Below are positions 8,614 to 18,035 of a DNA stretch of 64,000 bases, piece after piece; within the stretch, counting starts at the first letter, position 1; each line of letters starts with the position of its first letter. A program made the translations under genes and the position numbers. Origin of the DNA: an uncultured Acidimicrobiaceae bacterium (GTDB lineage Bacteria; Actinomycetota; Acidimicrobiia; Spongiisociales; UBA5794); contig CAMYKI010000001.1 of NCBI GenBank assembly GCA_947258985.1, forward strand, positions 46,651 through 110,650, read 5' to 3'. Under the pieces are notes generated by a model, which was given only the letters and a program-made list of their open reading frames with translations, was not told the DNA's origin and did not search any database.

Positions 8614-11196
8614 GTGATGTCCGAAGCCACGTCTTTCTCGGTCAACGGCCGTGACGTCCAAGTCCAATCCGACCATCCGCATCTGTTGTCGGCGTTGCGT
8701 GAAGAGCTGGGGGTAACGTCACCCAAGGATGGATGTTCTCCATCCGGCCAGTGTGGTGCCTGCACAGTTCTGCTCGACGGCAAGGCTATCCAGAGCTGCC
8801 TCGTCGGCATGGAGAAGGCCGCCGGCAAGCAGATCACCACCCTCGAAGGGTTCGATCCAGAGGAACGGGATCGCCTGGGCAAGGCTTTTGCCGTCACCGG
8901 TGCACTGCAATGCGGATTCTGTACTCCCGGCATCCTGGTACGTACCAAGGCCCTCTTCGACCAGAAGGGTCCTTCCGGAGTCACTTCCCAGGTTGCTGCC
9001 GGAAGGCTTGGCGCCCATCTGTGCCGATGCACCGGCTACACAAAGATTCTCGAGGCCGTCGATCTGCTCGCCACCGGCGAAATCCCGGAGCCGGGGACAC
9101 CGCAGAAGATCGGGGACAACGGTGCCAAGTACGAGTCTCTCGAGTTGGCGCTCGGCGATCGGGGGTATGTCGACGACATCCGCCCGGAGGGCCTGCTGCA
9201 CGGTGCTTTGCGGCTCGCGGATCATGCCCGCGCCGACGTCATCGAGATAGACACCGCACCGGCGAAGGCCGCACCCGGGGTTGTCGATGTGTTCACGGGC
9301 GCAGATGTGCCGGGCGAATTGCGCGTCGGCATCATCTACACCGACTGGCCCGTGTTCATCCCTGAGGGCGGGCGTACGTCGTACTACGGAGACGTGCTCG
9401 CAATCGTCGTTGCCGAAACCAAGGCTCAGGCGAGGGCAGCGGCCGAACTCATCGAGATCAAGTACGACGTCCTGCCGCCGTTTGCCGACGCCAAGAGCGC
9501 GTTGGCTTCTGAGGAGGATGCGGTTTGGGGTCTCGACGGCAACGTGCTCTCGACCTCCAAGTACAAGCGCGGTGATGTCGACGAAGCCCTGGCCAATTCG
9601 GCGCACACCCTGCACGAAGTTTTTCAAACCCAGAGGGTGGAGCACGCCTTCCTCGAGCCCGAGTCGACGCTGGCCGTCCCCGACGGCGAGGGCAACCTCC
9701 TGGTCTATTCGGGGGGTCAGGGAGTTTGGGACGACCGCAACCAGATCGCCTCGTTGCTCGATGTTGACCAGAGCCGGGTCACGGTCGAACTTGTGTCGAA
9801 CGGCGGTGCCTTTGGCGGCAAAGAGGACATGTCCAATCAAGGGCAAACCGCACTCGCCGCCCACCTCTTGCAGCGACCGGTCAAATGCACGCTGTCGCGC
9901 GAGGAGTCGTTCCGGATCCACGCCAAGCGCCACCCGATCGAGATCGAGCTGTGGGCAGGCTGTGATGAGACGGGCAAGTTGACCGCCCTCAGATCGCGCA
10001 TGATCGGAGATTCCGGTCCCTACGCATCTGTGGGGATGAAGGTGCTGGAACGTGCGGCCGGCCACATGACCGGGCCTTACGTGATCGGTTCGGTGGACGT
10101 TGAGGCAATCGCCGTTCGTACCAACAACCCCGTTTGTGGAGCTTTCCGCGGGTTCGGGGCCAATCAAGCCCAGTTCGCCATGGAGGGCGTCATCGACCGT
10201 CTCGCCGATGCCGTCGGCATCGACGGGTGGGAGATGCGCAACCGCAACGTGATCAGTCCCGGAGTCGTGTGGGGCCCGGGCCAGATCATGGACGACGGTT
10301 GTCGCGGCGCCAAGGAGTGTCTCGACGCCGTCAAGCCGGCTTACGATCAGGCGCGGGCAGAGGGCAAGGCCGTCGGGCTGGGCCTCGCCCTGAAGAACTC
10401 GGGGCTGGGCAACGGATTCCTCGAGATTTCCCGAGCCGTTGTCAGGTTCGAAGAGGATGGCACCGTCGAGGTTCGTCATTGCTGGACCGAGATGGGGCAA
10501 GGAGTCCACACGGTCGCTCTTCAGGTAGCGGCTGAGGAGCTCCGCATCGATGCCGACCGAATCAAGGTCGTTGTCGACACCACCCGTGAGCTCGGTGCCG
10601 GCCAAACCACCGGTTCCCGAGGGACCCTCATGGCGGCGGGTGGCGTTGCAGATGCCTGCCGGGTGGCCAACGAGCACGGGCAAGCTCCCGGCGTCGATTA
10701 CATGGGCGAGTACCGCGTCGACTGGACGAATGCACTCGAAGAAGAAGTAGAGAACCCCATCCTTCATTCGGCCTTCGGCTATGCCTGTCAGCTGGTCATT
10801 GCGGACAAGGCCACCGGGGGAATAGAGAAGGTGGTGGCCGCCCACGACGTCGGTCGTGCGATCAACCCGATGCTGGCAGAAGGCCAGATCGAAGGTGCCG
10901 TCCACATGGGTCTCGGCTACGCCCTCACCGAGGACTTTCCCACCGATGATCAAGCCCAGCCAACCAATTGGACGCTGCGCAGCCTCGGCATCTTGCGTGC
11001 CAAGGACATGCCGGATGTCGAGACGATCCTCGTCGAAGTGCCCCAACCCAGGGCACCGTACGGCGTGAAAGGGGTCGGAGAGATCGGTCTGGTTCCCACC
11101 GCGGGAGCTGTTGCTGGTGCCTTCTACGAAGTAGACGGCAAGCGTCGAACCCGTGTCCCGTTCAACATCCATCAGCCATTGGAGGTAGCGAAGTGA
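8614..11196 (+). CDS. Molybdenum hydroxylase (xanthine dehydrogenase / aldehyde oxidoreductase family) with fused N-terminal double [2Fe-2S] domain
   Basis: Canonical cluster ligands GCSPSGQCGACTV...SC and QCGFCTPG...CRCTGY, followed by Mo-pterin-binding a/b-hammerhead and MoCo domains (GGAFGGKE). 860 aa. Confidence 0.85.
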   Translation: MMSEATSFSVNGRDVQVQSDHPHLLSALREELGVTSPKDGCSPSGQCGACTVLLDGKAIQSCLVGMEKAAGKQITTLEGFDPEERDRLGKAFAVTGALQCGFCTPGILVRTKALFDQKGPSGVTSQVAAGRLGAHLCRCTGYTKILEAVDLLATGEIPEPGTPQKIGDNGAKYESLELALGDRGYVDDIRPEGLLHGALRLADHARADVIEIDTAPAKAAPGVVDVFTGADVPGELRVGIIYTDWPVFIPEGGRTSYYGDVLAIVVAETKAQARAAAELIEIKYDVLPPFADAKSALASEEDAVWGLDGNVLSTSKYKRGDVDEALANSAHTLHEVFQTQRVEHAFLEPESTLAVPDGEGNLLVYSGGQGVWDDRNQIASLLDVDQSRVTVELVSNGGAFGGKEDMSNQGQTALAAHLLQRPVKCTLSREESFRIHAKRHPIEIELWAGCDETGKLTALRSRMIGDSGPYASVGMKVLERAAGHMTGPYVIGSVDVEAIAVRTNNPVCGAFRGFGANQAQFAMEGVIDRLADAVGIDGWEMRNRNVISPGVVWGPGQIMDDGCRGAKECLDAVKPAYDQARAEGKAVGLGLALKNSGLGNGFLEISRAVVRFEEDGTVEVRHCWTEMGQGVHTVALQVAAEELRIDADRIKVVVDTTRELGAGQTTGSRGTLMAAGGVADACRVANEHGQAPGVDYMGEYRVDWTNALEEEVENPILHSAFGYACQLVIADKATGGIEKVVAAHDVGRAINPMLAEGQIEGAVHMGLGYALTEDFPTDDQAQPTNWTLRSLGILRAKDMPDVETILVEVPQPRAPYGVKGVGEIGLVPTAGAVAGAFYEVDGKRRTRVPFNIHQPLEVAK

Positions 11197-12215
11197 CGAC
11201 GACCACGCCGGGCCTCGTATGCGCCCACCATCATCTCTACTCCGAGCTGGCCAGGGGCATGCCCCCCCCACCAAAGGTCGCCACCGACTTTCAGGAGATC
11301 CTCGAGCAGGTCTGGTGGCGGCTGGACCGGGCTCTCGATCTCGACATGCTCTATGCGTCGGCGCGTTTGGGCGCCTTGGAGGCACTCGAATCAGGCACAA
11401 CGGCAATCGTCGACCACAACGAATCGCCGAACGCCATCGAGGGATCTCTGTCGGTACTCGCCGACGCGTGCGCTGAGGTAGGTGTCAGGCTTCTGACCGC
11501 CTACGGGATCAGCGACCGCAACGGCCCGGACCAGGTGAAGCGGGGTCTCGCCGAGAACGAGCGGTTCATCAAGGCGGGCGGGAAGGCCCTCGTCGGCATC
11601 CATGCCGCCTTCACATGCACCGATGAATCTCTTGAAGCTGCGGCCGGCCTTGCCAGGGATCTGGGAGTTGGTGTTCATATCCACGTCTGTGAGGGCATCG
11701 GCGATATCGACGCCCCGAAGCGGCTCGAGGGGCTCACCGAGGACAACTGGCTGATCAGCCACTGTGTCCACCTGCCGACGGATCACAACCTGAAGGGCAC
11801 GATCCTGCACAACCCCCGCTCCAATCTCAACAACGGAGTGGGCTACGCCAATCCGGCCCGGTTCTCCAATCCGGTCGCCCTCGGTACCGACGGCATCGGA
11901 GCCAACATGATCGAGAGCTTCCGGCTGGCGTATGTCATGCAGCGGTCCGTGGACGTAACCGTCGGGCCCGACCCCGCATGGTCGTGGCTGGCGGAGGGTT
12001 GGAACATCGTTCCCGAGGCGAAGAACGACGAGGTCACCTGGTCCTACGACCCGATGGATCCGTGGCACATCGCGTTCACCCCGGGGATCTATCCGCTGGA
12101 AGTCAAGGTCGACGGCGAAGTCGTGTTCGCCGACGGCAAGCCGACAAGGGTCGATGGTGAGGAGATCCGCGCCAAGGCCAGGGAACAGGCGAAGAGGTTG
12201 CACGCAAAGCTCTAG
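11193..12215 (+). CDS. SsnA-like amidohydrolase, N-terminally short
   Basis: GTGA overlap with the upstream stop. Begins almost at the metal-binding HxH (LVCAHHHLYSELARGM). WWRLDRALD block as I recall for E. coli SsnA. HIHVCEG and GTDG motifs. Confidence 0.75.
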   Translation: MTTTTPGLVCAHHHLYSELARGMPPPPKVATDFQEILEQVWWRLDRALDLDMLYASARLGALEALESGTTAIVDHNESPNAIEGSLSVLADACAEVGVRLLTAYGISDRNGPDQVKRGLAENERFIKAGGKALVGIHAAFTCTDESLEAAAGLARDLGVGVHIHVCEGIGDIDAPKRLEGLTEDNWLISHCVHLPTDHNLKGTILHNPRSNLNNGVGYANPARFSNPVALGTDGIGANMIESFRLAYVMQRSVDVTVGPDPAWSWLAEGWNIVPEAKNDEVTWSYDPMDPWHIAFTPGIYPLEVKVDGEVVFADGKPTRVDGEEIRAKAREQAKRLHAKL

Positions 12216-12246
12216 GAATCACAACTCAGGCTGAGAGGAGCCGCTG

Positions 12247-15200
12247 ATGTCGGACCGTTTCCATCAGATCACGATGGAGCAGCTAACGGATTGGGTGTTC
12301 ACGGAACTCGAGGAGAAGGACTCGATCTTTGGCATCCCTCGCGCGGCCTTCTTTGTGCCGTCCGAGAACGACCGTTTTCGCTTCGAGAAATACGGGCAAC
12401 TACTCGAGACGCCGTTCGGCGTTGCCGCCGGCCCGCACACCCAGATGGCGCAGAACATCATTGTCTCCTGGCTGGTTGGTGCCCGCTTCCTGGAGCTGAA
12501 GACCATCCAGACGCTCGACGAACTGGATGTCAACAAGCCCTGCATCGATCTCGAAGATGAGGGCTACAACGTCGAGTGGTCTCAGGAACTGAAGGTCTAC
12601 GAATCGTTCGACGAGTACCTGCGTGCCTGGGTCTTGATCCACGCACTGCACAAGAAGCTCGGCTTTCCCGGCGATTCGCCCGGAATGATCTTCAACATGT
12701 CCGTCGGTTACAACCTCGAAGGCATCAAGAAGCCCAACGTGCAGTGGTACTTCGATGCCATGGCCGACGCTTCGGCGTACAAGCAGGCTTATGTAGACAT
12801 CGTCGCGGAGCGGTATCCCGAAGTCAGGGACGTCGAAATCCCGGACACCGTTTCGGACACGATCACCCTGTCGACGATGCACGGGTGCCCGCCCGACGAG
12901 ATCGAAGCCATCGTGCTCTACCTGCTCAACGAGCGGAAGATTCACACCTCGGTCAAGTGCAACCCCACCCTGCTGGGAGTGGACCGGGTGCGTGGCATCA
13001 TCAACGACGATCTTGGGTTTGGGGACATTCACGTTCCGGACGAAGCGTTTGGTCATGACCTCAAGTACATCGATGCCGTGCCCATGTTCCACAACTTGCG
13101 GCGGGTGGCGCGCACCAACAATCTGACCTTTGGATTGAAGCTCAGCAATACCCTCGAGGTGGAGAATCATCGGCCGGTTTTTGAGAGCGACGACATGATG
13201 TACATGTCGGGCCGCTCGCTGCACTCGGTGACCACCAACCTTGCCCTTCGTTTGTCGGAAGAGTTCAAGGGGGACATGCTGTTGTCGTATGCCGGCGGCG
13301 CGGATGCGTTCAACGTCTCCGATTTGTTGCGGTCGGGCATGGCCACCATCACCGTGTGCTCCGATCTGTTGAAGACCGGTGGCTACCTGCGACTGCCGCA
13401 GTACATCGAAGAGCTCAACAAGGCTCTCGACGGGGCGAACGCCTCCAGTCTCCCCGACTTCATCGCCAACACGGCGGTGGCGCAGGAGAGCATGGGCGAC
13501 TTCGTTCCGTTGCTGGCTTTCTCCGCTCTCACCGACAGCGGGCTCAACGTCAGCGCCGATCAGGCTGCCTCGCTCAGCGAGCGGCTCCGCTATGACAACG
13601 ACGGCTCGTCGCCGCTCAGCCTCATCGAGGTATGGGCCGGAGAAAACGGCTTTGACGAGGAGCGCACCGCGGCGCTGGTGAAACTGGCGGTCAACGCCCT
13701 CAAGCGGGTGAACCTGCGTCAATACGCAACCTTCGTCCGCACCGACTGGCGCTATAAGAAGGGTTCCTTCCGCACCGACAGGTCGAAGACGGATCGCGAA
13801 CTCCATTTCTTCGACTGTATCGAGGCGCCTTGCGTGGACGAGTGCCCGGTGAGCCAGGACGTCCCGGCATATATGCGGGCGGTCCGGGAAGGCGACTTCG
13901 ACAAGGCAGTTGAGATCACCCGGGCAGACAACCCGCTCAGCTCGATGCTGGGCCGGGTCTGTGACCATCTCTGCGAGACCACGTGTATCCGCACCCACAT
14001 GGACGAGCCTCTCGCCATCCGGGAGATGAAGCGATTCATCATGGAGCACGAGTCCGAGACCGGGGAGACCAGATCCACCGGCGCTGCAGGGAAGGTGGCC
14101 ATCATCGGCGCCGGCCCTGCCGGCATTGCTGCCGGACAAGAGCTCGGCCGGGCCGGGTTCGAGGTCACCATCTTCGAGCACCACCCCTATGCAGGTGGCA
14201 TGGTCGGGGGAGCCATACCCGAGTACCGCATCCCGCAGGCCCAGATCGATCAGGACCTCAAGGTCCTGGAAGACCTGGGTGTGGAGGTGAGGTACAACAC
14301 GACCGCCGGCAAGGACTTCTCGCTGGCCGAGCTGCGAGATCAGGGCTACCAGTACACCTTTGTGGCGGTCGGGGCCCAGCTGCCCAAGTTCCTGGGGCTG
14401 CCGGGCGAGGACAGCGATGGAGTCATCGACGCCTTGGCGTTCTTGCGCAGTGTGCGTGAAGGAACGCCGATGCCGATCGGCCCCAGGGTCGGTGTAGTCG
14501 GCGCTGGTGACACAGCGATGGACTGCGTCCGTTCCGCATGGCGAGTGGGCGCCACCGAGACGTCTCTCATCTACCGTCGCACCATCGACCAGATGCCGGC
14601 CGACCGCGAGGAGATCCACGAGAGCATTGCTGAGGGTGTCAACATTCTCGAACTGGCCAATCCTCATGCGATCCACGTAGAGGACGGCAAGCTGAAGGGT
14701 CTGGTGTGCACGAAGACCGAGTATCGGGGCGAGCGTGATTCTTCGGGCAGGAAGATCCCGTTCGACGTGCCGGATTCGCAGTTCGAGGTCGAGCTCGACA
14801 CGTTGATTCTTGCGATCAGCCAGCACTCGATGCTCGACTTCTTCGGCGATCAGAAACCCGAGCTGACCAACCGCGGCTACATCGTGGTCGATCCGGTCAC
14901 CTACGAGACCTCGTTGCCCGGCGTCTACGCCGGTGGCGACGTCGCTGCCGATGGGCCGTCGTCGATCGTGAAAGCGGCGGCGGACGGCAAGAAGGTCGCT
15001 TCAGCGATCGTCAAGGCGGCAACCGGTACCGCAGTACCCATGCCGGAGACCTGGAAGCCACTCGAGCTGAATCTGCAGGACATGGTGACTCGGAGGGCTC
15101 ATCGCGAGTACCGGGTGCCGGTTCGGCACAGTGCACTCGACGTTCGGGACAACTTCGACGAGACGTTGTACACGTACACACAGGAGGAGGCACAGGCCGA

Positions 15201-15822
15201 AGCGTCACGGTGTCTCGACTGTGACACCATCTGCAGCCTATGTGTCGGGGTTTGCCCGAACATGGCTCTCCTGACCTATGAGATGGCGCCGTTCCGGGCG
15301 GATCTGCCCGCGATGTCCGTAAGTGCCGGCTCGGTGGTCATGGGTGACAGTGTGCCTTTCCGAATCGATCAGTCGCTGCAGATTGCGGTCCTAACCGACT
15401 TCTGCAACGAGTGCGGCAACTGCGTAACCGCTTGTCCGACGGCCGGCGAGCCGTATCGCGACAAGCCGCGGCTCTATCTCGACCGCCCCGACTTCGAGGC
15501 CGAGAAGGACAACGCCTTCTGGGTCGAGCGGAGTGGTGATGCCACGGTCGTCGAAGCCCGCTGGGATGGGGAAACCCACCGGCTGGCGATCAACGGACAG
15601 GTGGAGTACAGCTCGCCTGCGTTGCGGGCGACGCTCGAGAACGAGACCCTTGCGGTCGTCTCTGTTGCGGCCGGCGATGCGGCAGTCGATGGTCAAGCGC
15701 TCTCGCTCGACGCCGCGGCTCAGATGTACGCCTTTTGGCAGGGTGTCGCCGGTTCGTTGCCTCAGATCCCGCTTGCCGGGGCCGAAGGCACCAAGGTGGC
15801 CCACCCCGGGTACGAGGAGTAG
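12247..15822 (+). CDS. YgfK-like Fe-S flavoprotein (DPD-like barrel, GltD-like FAD/NAD(P) module and C-terminal ferredoxin)
   Basis: N-terminus FGIP...GPHTQMAQNI...FLELKTIQ...KPCIDLEDEGYNVEWS...FNMSVGYNLEGIK matches my recollection of E. coli YgfK. Dinucleotide fold VAIIGAGPAGIAAG. Cys clusters CLDCDTICSLCVGVCP and CNECGNCVTACP. Confidence 0.85.
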   Translation: MSDRFHQITMEQLTDWVFTELEEKDSIFGIPRAAFFVPSENDRFRFEKYGQLLETPFGVAAGPHTQMAQNIIVSWLVGARFLELKTIQTLDELDVNKPCIDLEDEGYNVEWSQELKVYESFDEYLRAWVLIHALHKKLGFPGDSPGMIFNMSVGYNLEGIKKPNVQWYFDAMADASAYKQAYVDIVAERYPEVRDVEIPDTVSDTITLSTMHGCPPDEIEAIVLYLLNERKIHTSVKCNPTLLGVDRVRGIINDDLGFGDIHVPDEAFGHDLKYIDAVPMFHNLRRVARTNNLTFGLKLSNTLEVENHRPVFESDDMMYMSGRSLHSVTTNLALRLSEEFKGDMLLSYAGGADAFNVSDLLRSGMATITVCSDLLKTGGYLRLPQYIEELNKALDGANASSLPDFIANTAVAQESMGDFVPLLAFSALTDSGLNVSADQAASLSERLRYDNDGSSPLSLIEVWAGENGFDEERTAALVKLAVNALKRVNLRQYATFVRTDWRYKKGSFRTDRSKTDRELHFFDCIEAPCVDECPVSQDVPAYMRAVREGDFDKAVEITRADNPLSSMLGRVCDHLCETTCIRTHMDEPLAIREMKRFIMEHESETGETRSTGAAGKVAIIGAGPAGIAAGQELGRAGFEVTIFEHHPYAGGMVGGAIPEYRIPQAQIDQDLKVLEDLGVEVRYNTTAGKDFSLAELRDQGYQYTFVAVGAQLPKFLGLPGEDSDGVIDALAFLRSVREGTPMPIGPRVGVVGAGDTAMDCVRSAWRVGATETSLIYRRTIDQMPADREEIHESIAEGVNILELANPHAIHVEDGKLKGLVCTKTEYRGERDSSGRKIPFDVPDSQFEVELDTLILAISQHSMLDFFGDQKPELTNRGYIVVDPVTYETSLPGVYAGGDVAADGPSSIVKAAADGKKVASAIVKAATGTAVPMPETWKPLELNLQDMVTRRAHREYRVPVRHSALDVRDNFDETLYTYTQEEAQAEASRCLDCDTICSLCVGVCPNMALLTYEMAPFRADLPAMSVSAGSVVMGDSVPFRIDQSLQIAVLTDFCNECGNCVTACPTAGEPYRDKPRLYLDRPDFEAEKDNAFWVERSGDATVVEARWDGETHRLAINGQVEYSSPALRATLENETLAVVSVAAGDAAVDGQALSLDAAAQMYAFWQGVAGSLPQIPLAGAEGTKVAHPGYEE

Positions 15823-15829
15823 GCCGGGA

Positions 15830-16207
15830 TCAGTCGCTCGATGTGGACAGCGGGACCAGGATCCCGCTGCTCCACTGCAGCTGTTGCGCCCTGAGTTCGC
15901 TGACTGCAATCTCGCGACCGCCGGCAGTGAGCCGGTAGTAACGACGCGGGCGGCCCTCGCGGCCTTGCTCCGCGGCCTCCTCGGGGTTCTCCCATTCACT
16001 GCTGAGTGCGCCCCGCTCTTCGAGCCTGCGTAGCGCCCGGTACAGCGTGGGTTGAGACATGATGGCGCCGCCGTCGTCGGTGCCGGCGAGGCGGTGTGCG
16101 AGGTCGTATCCGTGGAATCGTTCGTGACCTCCCACCTGGAGGTCGGCCGCGGTCAGTAGAAGGCGGAGCTCATTGCGCACCAAACCAGTGCCGGCTCTCC
16201 TCCTCAT
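15830..16207 (-). CDS. PadR-family transcriptional regulator
   Basis: 125 aa. Winged-helix HGYDLAHRL...SQPTLYRALRRLEERGAL...RRYYRLT. ATGA overlap with the upstream membrane gene. Confidence 0.8.
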   Translation of the reverse strand: MRRRAGTGLVRNELRLLLTAADLQVGGHERFHGYDLAHRLAGTDDGGAIMSQPTLYRALRRLEERGALSSEWENPEEAAEQGREGRPRRYYRLTAGGREIAVSELRAQQLQWSSGILVPLSTSSD

Positions 16208-17127
16208 GGCGAAACCCCCTTCGAATGACCCGACTGTGCGTTCTTCGGCTGCCGGCCGACGACTTCCATGTGTCTCAACCTCGGCAGAACGTGAACAAAA
16301 GAAAGCGCTCCCAGACCGATGACAATCGAGGCTAGTGCCGTCGTCAGGTCGATTGGAGTCATCCCGAAGGCCCAGGAGAGTTGGGTCACACCGAGAACGG
16401 CGACACCGACTACCAGTAGGAATCCTCCTATCGACACCAGCCGGGATCGACCGCGGAGGAACGAAGCGGCAACGATGAAGGCGAAGCCGACGGCGAGGAC
16501 TAGAAAGCTGACCTGCATGGCCCGATCCATCACGGCGTTCTCGAGAACCGGACCGTCGTACGGCCACTGTGCGGCCGTGGGCAGTGTCACCGCAAGACCA
16601 CCGAACCCGATCGCAGCCAGGAATCCGGCGATTCGGTAGCGGGGCAGCAGGATGCGCCGGGGATCACGCACGAAATTCACGCCGACGAGCAGAAGACCCA
16701 ACGCTGTGATGATGACATTGCGTCTGAATCCGAGCGGATAGGCCGACGACTGCAGTCCGGCGGCGACTCCACCGAAGCCAACGAGAGACAGAGCGATGCC
16801 GGCCGGCATGGAAGTGACGTCGCGCTGGTTGAGCCTCATCCAGATGGCGGACGGTATGCCGCGCAGTGCCCGCCACAGCATCTGACGCCACGTCTGTTCC
16901 TCGGCCATCGCCTCCCAGTCGGCAAGGCTCTCGCTCAGAATGGGTCTACGGTCCTCGCTAGGCATTCCCCATGTCATTAGACGGTTCAGGGCATGCGCCA
17001 AGCGGACGGTGATTCGCAATCTCGGTTCGGTCTGTGACTGCATCGTGCATACGCTAGTTGCCGCACTCAGACCCCACCATTTGCCGACCCGGGATTGGGC
17101 AGCAGGTTCGAAGACGGGGTACCCCAT
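16204..17127 (-). CDS. Membrane protein of unknown function, co-transcribed with padR (start uncertain, alternative ATG at 17043)
   Basis: Soluble N-terminal region followed by about 6 hydrophobic helices. No clear SD for either start. Confidence 0.55.
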   Translation of the reverse strand: MGYPVFEPAAQSRVGKWWGLSAATSVCTMQSQTEPRLRITVRLAHALNRLMTWGMPSEDRRPILSESLADWEAMAEEQTWRQMLWRALRGIPSAIWMRLNQRDVTSMPAGIALSLVGFGGVAAGLQSSAYPLGFRRNVIITALGLLLVGVNFVRDPRRILLPRYRIAGFLAAIGFGGLAVTLPTAAQWPYDGPVLENAVMDRAMQVSFLVLAVGFAFIVAASFLRGRSRLVSIGGFLLVVGVAVLGVTQLSWAFGMTPIDLTTALASIVIGLGALSFVHVLPRLRHMEVVGRQPKNAQSGHSKGVSP

Positions 17128-17133
17128 TCGAAG

Positions 17134-17150
17134 AACGCACTATGTGCGTT
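17134..17150. promoter_or_regulatory. Palindrome AACGCAC-TAT-GTGCGTT upstream of the membrane-protein/padR operon (candidate operator)
   Basis: 7-bp arms read directly. Similar CACAT/ATGTG-containing inverted repeats at 17461-17476 and 17502-17522. Confidence 0.3.
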
Positions 17151-17324
17151 TAAGATGGAGCCAGGTTTGGTGGTGAACCCACATTGCCTGAGTGGCCGGT
17201 TCGTGCGGACAGAGAACTCGCCGGGTCTCGAGGCAATGTGGTGCGGTAGGTGGTCTACGGGTTTGTTGGGGGGAACCCGTAGACGACCACCTCGTGCTTG
17301 GCGAGGGGGCTGATGGAGCAGCGG

Positions 17325-17426
17325 CTAGAGGCCGAGAGCCACCAGCGGGACTATGAGCCCGATGGCGATAACCGCTCCGGCGATGGCTCCCAGAAGTAGA
17401 GATTCACGTCTGTTTCTCTCGCTCAT
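17325..17426 (-). CDS. Possible 33-aa single-TM small protein
   Basis: MSERNRRESLLLGAIAGAVIAIGLIVPLVALGL. AGGAG lies 9 nt upstream of the ATG. No homology assessment possible. Confidence 0.3.
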   Translation of the reverse strand: MSERNRRESLLLGAIAGAVIAIGLIVPLVALGL

Positions 17427-17558
17427 CCTGGGTTGCTCCTGATCGACGGGTACCTGCTGTTGCACCACATGGTGCATTCCATGAATAGACACTAGTCTGC
17501 CGCACATTGAGAAGAAATGTGCAAGGCCACATGACCGATCGAGCGCGATGGTGAAGCA

Positions 17559-18035
17559 GTGACTACTGACGTCAAGGAAGAGGCAACCGAGATCGCCGAT
17601 GAGCAGAAGGAGAAGTCTTTCTTCGCCAGGGGCGCTCTTCTGGGTCTCTTTGGCGGTGCCCTGGCGGCAATCTTGCTCATAAGCGTTGGCGGATCGGTCG
17701 TTTCTCTTCTTGACGATGTCTGGGGCTCTGGCGAGGAAGCGGCTGCCCCCGCCGATGACCTCACCGGAGAAGATCTGCTGATCGAGACCGGGCGCAACCT
17801 CGCCACCACCAACGGGTGCATCGGCTGTCATTCGACAAACGGCCTAGACGGAACGGGGCCAACATGGCAGGGCCTCGCGGCCACTGTCGATGATGACTAT
17901 CTGATAAGAGCGATCATCGATCCCAATGCCGAAATTGCCGCCGGGTTCGAGCCGGATGTGATGCCGAACACTTATGTTGACACCCTCACCACTGAAGACG
18001 TTGACGCTCTCGTCGCCTACATCAAGTCTCTGTAG
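17559..18035 (+). CDS. Membrane-anchored monohaem c-type cytochrome
   Basis: N-terminal TM helix and CIGCH haem-binding motif. 158 aa. Confidence 0.8.
   Translation: MTTDVKEEATEIADEQKEKSFFARGALLGLFGGALAAILLISVGGSVVSLLDDVWGSGEEAAAPADDLTGEDLLIETGRNLATTNGCIGCHSTNGLDGTGPTWQGLAATVDDDYLIRAIIDPNAEIAAGFEPDVMPNTYVDTLTTEDVDALVAYIKSL

Noticed and set aside
8719-11406. 895-aa minus-strand ORF antisense to the Mo hydroxylase. Similar cases: 12400-14826 (808 aa), 25148-27619 (823 aa), 20529-21929, 34225-35490, 43754-44851, 45994-47361, 47782-48966, 58043-59038.
   Set aside because: These are typical long stop-free antisense or alternate frames of high-GC DNA. Their translations are Arg/Pro/Gly-rich and without motifs, whereas the opposite or other frame has clear family signatures.
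17095-17125. GGTTCGAA T-loop-like strings suggesting a tRNA, here and at about 33008-33030.
   Set aside because: There is no flanking T-stem complementarity and no acceptor or anticodon arms. No cloverleaf can be drawn.
17325-17831. 168-aa minus-strand ORF overlapping the cytochrome c gene.
   Set aside because: Most of it is antisense to a CDS with a clear CxxCH motif. Only the last 33 codons, which have their own SD and a TM helix, are kept as a low-confidence small ORF.
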